DNA of 64,000 nucleotides from Meyerozyma guilliermondii. Taxonomy: Eukaryota. Both the position numbers and the translations under genes were made by a program. The DNA lies in NCBI GenBank assembly GCA_051546255.1, contig CP128818.1, forward strand, positions 124,001 to 188,000, in the 5' to 3' direction. The notes under the pieces were generated by a model. That model worked only from the letters and a program-made list of their open reading frames with translations, had not been told where the DNA came from and did no database searches. Positions 57,306-64,000 of the stretch are shown piece by piece (within the stretch, counting starts at the first letter, position 1; every line of letters begins with the position of its first letter).

Positions 57306-58181
57306 ATGGCCCTGTTGCAACCTATCGAACCAGTAAAGCTCGACGAATCTGATCCTCAATTGTGTAGAATCTTGTACAGCGATGAATACAAGCATACTAT
57401 TGGAACGGTATTGGCCCTTTTGCGTGATAAAGAGTATTCTCCAAGAGCTCTAGAATGGACTCTGAAAGCCATTGACTTGCTTGCTTCACACTATACATTG
57501 TGGAGTTACCGGTTCGACATTGTGTGTGCCATTGATTACGATCTTTGGGAAGAGCTTGAGTGGTGTGAACAAATCGCTCTCGAAAACGAAAAAAATTACC
57601 AGATTTGGAATTATCGCCAGCTTATAATTGAAAAAATTTGCAAGAAAGAGACGTTTGATCCTCATCATGAGCTTCCCATCTTGGCTGCGATGCTTCAGGA
57701 AGACCCTAAAAACCATCATGTTTGGTCGTATCGAAAATGGTTGGTAGAACATTTTGATATGCATAACGATGTACGGGAACTTGACTTTGTTGATCTGTGT
57801 TTAAGTTCCGACGTGCTTAATAATTCTGCTTGGACTCATCGGTTCTTTTTGAAGTTTGCAGCAGGAGCAAATAATATGGTTGCAAATTCCGAAATCGAGT
57901 ATGTGTGTCGTAAAATCAAGGAGTTGCCGCAGAACCCTGCTGCATGGAACTATCTCTTGGGAATTTATGCCCGCGTCGGGCGCGACTTGAGCGACTTGGA
58001 GTCTTTTTGCAACCAATTTTACCCTGAAGAAGAACTCGTTCGCAGCACTTATGCAATGGAAGTTCTTGCTCGCATTTGGAAAGTTTCGGACCCTGGTCGG
58101 TCGCATAACATGTACATGCGTCTTGCAGAAACCTATGATCCAATTCGTGCCAATTATTGGCGATTCTGCGCCCAACAGTAG
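57306..58181 (+). CDS. RAM2: Protein farnesyl/geranylgeranyltransferase alpha subunit
   Basis: PPTA repeats (HYTLWSYR, KNYQIWNYR, KNHHVWSYR, NNSAWTHR), DPIRANYW. Confidence 0.94.
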   Translation: MALLQPIEPVKLDESDPQLCRILYSDEYKHTIGTVLALLRDKEYSPRALEWTLKAIDLLASHYTLWSYRFDIVCAIDYDLWEELEWCEQIALENEKNYQIWNYRQLIIEKICKKETFDPHHELPILAAMLQEDPKNHHVWSYRKWLVEHFDMHNDVRELDFVDLCLSSDVLNNSAWTHRFFLKFAAGANNMVANSEIEYVCRKIKELPQNPAAWNYLLGIYARVGRDLSDLESFCNQFYPEEELVRSTYAMEVLARIWKVSDPGRSHNMYMRLAETYDPIRANYWRFCAQQ

Positions 58182-58264
58182 GCGGGAGGTGATTCGGTGC
58201 ATACACACCCGTGCACCACGCGCATGCGGGTTTAAATCGTAAATCGGCAACAGAACAAAGCATC

Positions 58265-60325
58265 ATGCCCGACAGCCCCGATGACGCGGAGGAGTCTTTG
58301 ATCTCGCAGTTCGAGACAACTTTGACCATCCGGCCGTCAGCACACGACGAGGAGGATGTGTCGATGCAGACGGTTCTTACATCAGGGTACACTCGTGACA
58401 AAAGTATTGTTGACATTGACGAGTTGGAGGAAGAAGAAATCAATTCGGAACAGATTCCCAAGTTGCGATATAAGCTCAAGCCTGCAGCTGCAGAGGTTAA
58501 GAGGGAGAGGGGACATGACGTACGAACCGGAAGTTATGCACGGCTGTTGCTGCTGTTGCATGATGCACATCATGCAATGCCAGATCAGAAGCAACCAATT
58601 CTTCCAGAATTGGCACCTTCGCCATTGGTGGATAATTCATTAACAAGGTTCCGCAAAGTCTTTGACGAGTTTATTCGCTCGAACCCGCACATAGAGGCCG
58701 AGTCGCCGCGGGTGGCAGAAAAGGAAAAAACGTTGGTGGTTCTTTCCCCACTTCTGGCCGAGCATGTAATTGGCCGCAAATGGGAAACCAAATCATATCT
58801 TGCAACCATTTTCGAACGTCCCCAGCGTCTTCTTGCGTCATGTATAGGTGTGGGTGCGGCGCTTACCATGTTCCCATTTTATTACAAAGTGATAAACTCG
58901 ACAAAACGAGGGTCGATTTTCGCACCGTATGTTCGGCGAGTTCATGGAAATCACTGGCCCAATATGTTGCATGAACTATGTATAGATTCGCAGGCGAAAC
59001 TTGCTGCCGGGAAGCTCGAGGTTCCGGAAGATTGGAATACTGGAGATATTTATTTGGTTCCTCGCACAATTACTGCAGTGGAAGGAAGTATAGGCGCAAT
59101 TGAAACTGCATTTGATTCGGTTTTTGGGCTGCAAACTCATAATTTGGCTTTTGTTTTGCTTCGTCCGCCAGGTCACCATTGCCATGCTTCACTCCCAAGT
59201 GGATTTTGTCTTTTAAACAATGCACAAATCGGAATTGAATATGCCTATGAAAAACATGGCGTAACCCATTGTGCCATTTTGGACATAGATCTTCACCATG
59301 GAGACGGTCTGCAAGATATCTGTTGGGAAAGAGGAGGATTTGAAGGAGACCATGGACTTCAAGAAGATGAAACAACCCCCAAAGATGAGTATGGGAAAGG
59401 GTTTGCTTCTTACCCAAAAGTTGGATATTTTTCTCTCCACGATATCAAATCTTATCCAGCCGAGCTAGGTTATGCTACCAAGGACACCATTCGGAATGCG
59501 TCTACATGCGTAATGGACCATGATGTGAATATCTGGAATGTGCATCTTCAACTGTGGACATCTGAAGATGAATTTTACAAGCATTACCAGACCAAATATG
59601 TTGCTATTCTCAACCGGGCCAACCAGTTTTTGAACACGGCGAAAAAACAGTACGAGCGAGAAAAAGAAGAGTATGGTGTTGCCATGGCCAAGTACTTGAA
59701 ATATGCGGAAAAACCGCATGCCCCACAAATCAAAAAACCTGTTTCTCCTCCACCATTCAAGCCTCTTATAGTCATCTCAGCAGGGTTTGACGCTCTGGAA
59801 TATGAGAACCCGCAAATGCAAAGACACAGTGTTAATGTGCCCACTTCGTTCTATGCAACCTTCACGCGCGATGTCGTAAAATTGGCGAAAATTCACACCG
59901 GCGGAAAGGTGGTTTCGTTTTTGGAAGGTGGATACTCGGACGGAGCCCTTTCCACAGGAATATTTTCCCATTTAATTGGACTCATCAATAACGACGAGGA
60001 TGATTTGTGGAACCCAACTTGGGGAAGCGACCAAGTTATGCGCGAGCTCACAAAAGGTTGCAAAAAAAATTGGACTCCATATAAACGGCCGCTGGCCGAT
60101 ATCACGATTTGGGCTAATGAAACCATCAAAATAGGCCGGTCATTGATGCCCAATGCCATCTTGGCTTCGAATTACATATACCTGCATCAGCCGCAGAAAG
60201 GCGATCCTGACATTCCCATACATAAAATGGTGCGTGAGATCATGGATCTGCGTACCGAGATCAAAATAGAAGACGACGACGCCAGGAGAAGCCGGCGGCT
60301 GTATTATCGCCGTACCAAGTCATAG
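58265..60325 (+). CDS. HOS3: Histone deacetylase Hos3
   Basis: RPPGHH, SGFC, DIDLHHGDG, SAGFDA, LEGGYSD; adjacent to BEM3; first ATG at 58265. Confidence 0.92.
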   Translation: MPDSPDDAEESLISQFETTLTIRPSAHDEEDVSMQTVLTSGYTRDKSIVDIDELEEEEINSEQIPKLRYKLKPAAAEVKRERGHDVRTGSYARLLLLLHDAHHAMPDQKQPILPELAPSPLVDNSLTRFRKVFDEFIRSNPHIEAESPRVAEKEKTLVVLSPLLAEHVIGRKWETKSYLATIFERPQRLLASCIGVGAALTMFPFYYKVINSTKRGSIFAPYVRRVHGNHWPNMLHELCIDSQAKLAAGKLEVPEDWNTGDIYLVPRTITAVEGSIGAIETAFDSVFGLQTHNLAFVLLRPPGHHCHASLPSGFCLLNNAQIGIEYAYEKHGVTHCAILDIDLHHGDGLQDICWERGGFEGDHGLQEDETTPKDEYGKGFASYPKVGYFSLHDIKSYPAELGYATKDTIRNASTCVMDHDVNIWNVHLQLWTSEDEFYKHYQTKYVAILNRANQFLNTAKKQYEREKEEYGVAMAKYLKYAEKPHAPQIKKPVSPPPFKPLIVISAGFDALEYENPQMQRHSVNVPTSFYATFTRDVVKLAKIHTGGKVVSFLEGGYSDGALSTGIFSHLIGLINNDEDDLWNPTWGSDQVMRELTKGCKKNWTPYKRPLADITIWANETIKIGRSLMPNAILASNYIYLHQPQKGDPDIPIHKMVREIMDLRTEIKIEDDDARRSRRLYYRRTKS

Positions 60326-60450
60326 AAAATATACTATTGTAAGGTTCAGCCGTAGATGTAGGTGGGGTGGGGCGCGCGAACAGCAGCTGGTGTAGCGGGT
60401 GTGCGCTGTGGCATTTCTCAAAATGGTTATTTCTGGCTGTCGACAATTCG

Positions 60451-63351
60451 ATGCACCAAGGAACGCTGGACGCCAATGGTGCAGGTGATTATGCACCGTC
60501 GCACCCGCAGTTTGACAGGTCGGGAATTCTGGACGCGCTGTATATCGAAATGCTTCTTTTTGAAAACCGTGAATTGCAGGCAACGGTGACTAAACAAGAG
60601 CAGATAATTCTGGGGATCCGCGACCGTCTCAATGGCACGAGTCTTCCACGAGGAAAAGCGGAAAAGGTTGCAATGTCGGCAGATGTGACTGCAGAAATAG
60701 AAGATGCAACTGCAAATTCAACTGCAGATGCAAGTGCAGATGTTTCAGCTGCAGAAGTTTCAACTGCAGATGCACAAGCACATGTACCAACTGCAGATAC
60801 TTCTGTATTAGCTGGATTGGCTTCTCCTGCTGCATTGGCTTCACCTGCATTGGCCTCGCCTGCATTGGCTGAACCAGCTGATGACGTGCCGGTTAGATCT
60901 GCTCGACGGCGACGCGAAGACGATTCCGTCGATGAAACCTCCCAATTAGATATTAAACAGGCGTCACCCACTCTTGGAGTCACCGACGCTGTCGACGATC
61001 GGTCTTCTCTTTATTCGGAATCGAATCTGCCTGCACGTCAATCTGATGGTCGGCGCCTCGCTGCCAGTGCCGACAATTCATTGACGCAGCATAAAAACGC
61101 CAGTAACAGCAGTTTCGGCTCAAACTACAAACCTCGTCTCAAGCTTCCTGCAACGCTCAAGAACAATGGAAGCCGTACACCATCGGCGCTGGCGCCTCAG
61201 ACGCAACTGTCACTCCTGCAGCTGCAGCTGCAACTGCAGACGCTGCAGACGCATACCCTGATTCTTCTGCTACAGGAATCAGATCTTGACACATCTTCGG
61301 TAAGCCGCACATTGGCATCATCAACTTCTGGTCCCATTCCTCCTGCAACTCCTGATGCCATGCAAATTAACAAGTTTCCCTCCAACATGTCGATTGACGA
61401 TCGAAGTATAGTTTCAAATCCTCAATCACCTCCAATGCATGAACCGTTACGAACACCGCTGGGACTCTTGCTGCATGAATCTTTGACTGCAAAACTTTCT
61501 CGCCAACCAACCACTCCCGGTTCTAGTTTCCAGGTGATGCCTTCAACGGTGCAAGAAGATGAAGAAACCACATTGTTGGTGAAACCAGATAATTTTAACA
61601 CAATTGATATTGTGGTTGCAAGCACCATTAATGTTCATCATCAAGAAGTTTCACTACAACGCAAGCTGGACGATCCCAATGTGAGTATCAGCATCTGTGA
61701 CAAAGCTTCTGGTAAGGAAATGTGGAGAATCCGGAAATCGTACCTGCAACTAGTTGCATTCGATAACGAAATAAGACCCATAGTTGAGTATTTCGGGCTT
61801 CCTCCACTTCCTGAAAAAACGCTTTTTTTCTCATCTTCTCCTCCAAAAGTAGACACCCGTCGACTCCAATTGCAGGATTTTTTCAATACTTTGTTCTTGA
61901 TTCCTCATATTCCGCGAATGCTTCTTTTCAGAATCTGCAAATATCTCTCGGCAGACTTGGTCAATCCACTCGACGATTTCAAAAGTGGTGCTTCTAAAGA
62001 AGGGTTTCTTATCAGGCGCTACAAAGGACTCGGATCGACTTGGAAAGTGAGATGGTGTCAGGTAGACGGCCCATATTTGGAAATATATGAAGCTCCCGGC
62101 GGCACATTTCTTGAGCAATTGCCGCTCTGGCATACCCAAATCGGCCGCCAATCTAGCGATAGTGTTGCTGAAGACAAAGGATACCGTCATGCTTTCCTTA
62201 TTTTGGAACAAGAAAAATTCAAAATGAGTTCAACTTCCAAACACTTTTTTTGTGCCGAGTCGGATACAGAACGAGACTCGTGGATTTCAGCATTGATCCA
62301 GTATACGGGGTGGTCCGATTCGGCAACTCCCGCTGAGTCTACCGACAGTTTGGTGCGTGGATCTGAGCGGTTTGGAAGCAATGAACGGGTGGAAAATTTG
62401 GATGAAAAAGAAAGAGAAAAGGAAACCAAAAAGAGTCGAAAGCGAAGTCTCTTTCCGTTCCGCAAGAATGCAGACGACGACCAAAGTTCGCAAAACCAGA
62501 ATCAGAATTCGCAGCCAAATTCGAATTCTCAATTTTCAAGTTCGCAATTTTCAAATTCGCACCAAAATTCAAATTCAAATTCAAATTCGCAGCCATATCA
62601 GTCGGCTCAATTGCAGCCCCATTTCTTGTCGCAGCCTTTGCTGCAAGCCTCCTCTGAGCTCCCGCTGTACATTGGAAACATGAAGCTAGACGACAGTCCC
62701 GCAAAAACCATTTTTGGTCGCGACGTATTGGAAGCTTACAACTTGTCGCACCATGAATTTCAAGGCCGAAGCATTCCCAGTGTATGTTTCCGGTGTCTCG
62801 ATTACCTCGTAAAAACAGGAGCGGTGTACGAAGAAGGCATATTTCGACTTTCGGGCTCGGCATCTCAAATCCGGGGGCTTCGAGAACAGTTCAACACTAA
62901 ATTCGACATTGATCTTTGCGCCAATCCGCTGCCTGATATCCACACTGTTGCCGGTCTTTTCAAAACTTATTTAAGAGAACTTCCTCATCCCATTCTTGGA
63001 GCTCAACCGTACTCGGATCTACAACATATTGTCATGAGTAGAGGAGATACTGGGTCCAAACTGTCATTGGCTTACATTTTCCGCGACTACCTTTCAAGTG
63101 AAGGAAACATCTCCAAAGTCAATTACGACTTGTGCTACGTGATCTTCGGGTTTTTGAAGTATGTCATTGAAAACCTGTCAAGAAACAAAATGTCGCTCAG
63201 AAACGTGTGCATCGTTTTCGTGCCAACTCTCAACATCTCCCTCGACATCCTCTCCACTTTGCTCGTGGATTACGACTGCATCTTTGCCGGCGGAGACCCC
63301 GTTCCCGACCACGCCCGCGAGGTGCTCGATATCCACATCCCTAATTTCTAG
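60451..63351 (+). CDS. BEM3: Cdc42 RhoGAP with PX and PH domains
   Basis: N-terminal coiled coil, PX, PH (KEGFLIRR...WK), RhoGAP (EEGIFRLSG); first ATG at 60451. Confidence 0.9.
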   Translation: MHQGTLDANGAGDYAPSHPQFDRSGILDALYIEMLLFENRELQATVTKQEQIILGIRDRLNGTSLPRGKAEKVAMSADVTAEIEDATANSTADASADVSAAEVSTADAQAHVPTADTSVLAGLASPAALASPALASPALAEPADDVPVRSARRRREDDSVDETSQLDIKQASPTLGVTDAVDDRSSLYSESNLPARQSDGRRLAASADNSLTQHKNASNSSFGSNYKPRLKLPATLKNNGSRTPSALAPQTQLSLLQLQLQLQTLQTHTLILLLQESDLDTSSVSRTLASSTSGPIPPATPDAMQINKFPSNMSIDDRSIVSNPQSPPMHEPLRTPLGLLLHESLTAKLSRQPTTPGSSFQVMPSTVQEDEETTLLVKPDNFNTIDIVVASTINVHHQEVSLQRKLDDPNVSISICDKASGKEMWRIRKSYLQLVAFDNEIRPIVEYFGLPPLPEKTLFFSSSPPKVDTRRLQLQDFFNTLFLIPHIPRMLLFRICKYLSADLVNPLDDFKSGASKEGFLIRRYKGLGSTWKVRWCQVDGPYLEIYEAPGGTFLEQLPLWHTQIGRQSSDSVAEDKGYRHAFLILEQEKFKMSSTSKHFFCAESDTERDSWISALIQYTGWSDSATPAESTDSLVRGSERFGSNERVENLDEKEREKETKKSRKRSLFPFRKNADDDQSSQNQNQNSQPNSNSQFSSSQFSNSHQNSNSNSNSQPYQSAQLQPHFLSQPLLQASSELPLYIGNMKLDDSPAKTIFGRDVLEAYNLSHHEFQGRSIPSVCFRCLDYLVKTGAVYEEGIFRLSGSASQIRGLREQFNTKFDIDLCANPLPDIHTVAGLFKTYLRELPHPILGAQPYSDLQHIVMSRGDTGSKLSLAYIFRDYLSSEGNISKVNYDLCYVIFGFLKYVIENLSRNKMSLRNVCIVFVPTLNISLDILSTLLVDYDCIFAGGDPVPDHAREVLDIHIPNF

Positions 63352-63375
63352 CTACAATACATAATACATTTTCGC

Positions 63376-64000
63376 TCACCATTCGTTTTCCCCACTCGCC
63401 TTCTGGAACACATAGTCCCTTCCGCCAATGTTGGCAATGCCCTCCTTGAGCGTCAGCTTCCACTTGTTCTTCACCCGCTGTACCTTGTCGTATAAACAAA
63501 GCATAATCTGCCCTTCCTGATACCCTTCTTCACCTTCAGACTTGTCACTGTCGGAACCATCGTCTAAGTCACTGTTGATGTCCTGCGAATCGTGCGCTGA
63601 ATCGTCGTCATCGTCAAACTCTCCATCGGCCTGACCAACCTGAAACTTTTTCATCAATTGCTTCGCATCGCTGGTTTCAAAAGTAAGTTCAAATTGCCCA
63701 TCGGTCTGGTTCACCCTCGGAAGCATCAACCCAGTACTATCGTCGTACTCATCGTTTCCCAGAACAGTCGGAAGTTGAAGCTGCATACCACTATTATGCC
63801 CTCGGTCTCCGGTCGCAGTAGGATATGACAAAGTTGGTAATTCGAGCCCGCCCGAGCTGTCCAACGCAAGCAGCCCATCGGGTGCTAACACCCCCATCGA
63901 CTCCTGGACCGAAAGATGGCCATGGCCCAAGTTTTCATGGTGAATCTCATCATCCCACGTAAACTTGGCCACCCCGGATTGACTAAGTTTTTCACACCAA
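63376..64000 (-). CDS. TOA1: TFIIA large subunit, 5' end outside the window
   Basis: C-terminal MLCLYDKVQRVKNKWK...DYVFQKASGENEW; frame open to the window edge (WCEKLSQSGVAKFTWD). Confidence 0.92.
   Translation of the reverse strand, partial: WCEKLSQSGVAKFTWDDEIHHENLGHGHLSVQESMGVLAPDGLLALDSSGGLELPTLSYPTATGDRGHNSGMQLQLPTVLGNDEYDDSTGLMLPRVNQTDGQFELTFETSDAKQLMKKFQVGQADGEFDDDDDSAHDSQDINSDLDDGSDSDKSEGEEGYQEGQIMLCLYDKVQRVKNKWKLTLKEGIANIGGRDYVFQKASGENEW

Overview
Gene-dense region of a budding yeast chromosome from the CUG-Ser1 (CTG) clade. CTG codons fall at conserved Ser/Thr positions, and the RIB1 protein matches my recollection of Meyerozyma (Pichia) guilliermondii RIB1. It holds about 33 protein-coding genes, mostly housekeeping: CDC50, BRE5, UBC1, CDC39/NOT1, a TBC GAP, JLP2, COX12, POP6-like, AGX1, DNAJC9-like, TOP2, RIB1, ASG1, MTR3, CHO2, DBP2 (spliced), RPC19, AZF1, RSN1, PPA2, NUP188, ERG12, FSF1, PPT2, GUA1, YTM1, an N2227 methyltransferase, RAM2, HOS3, BEM3, partial TOA1, and two unassigned ORFs. 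I saw no tRNA, rRNA, transposon or CRISPR. Three signals stand out. (1) NOT1 has a 256-codon N-terminal region, homologous to Not1, with no AUG in any frame for about 890 nt, which points to GUG initiation plus leaky scanning to a conserved internal AUG. (2) The DBP2 intron has two extra branchpoint/acceptor units that both lead to premature stops, a candidate autoregulatory poison-splicing circuit. (3) AGX1 has two AUGs with a mitochondrial presequence and a TATA box placed to skip the first AUG. Family assignments rely on recalled motifs and synteny; no database search was run.
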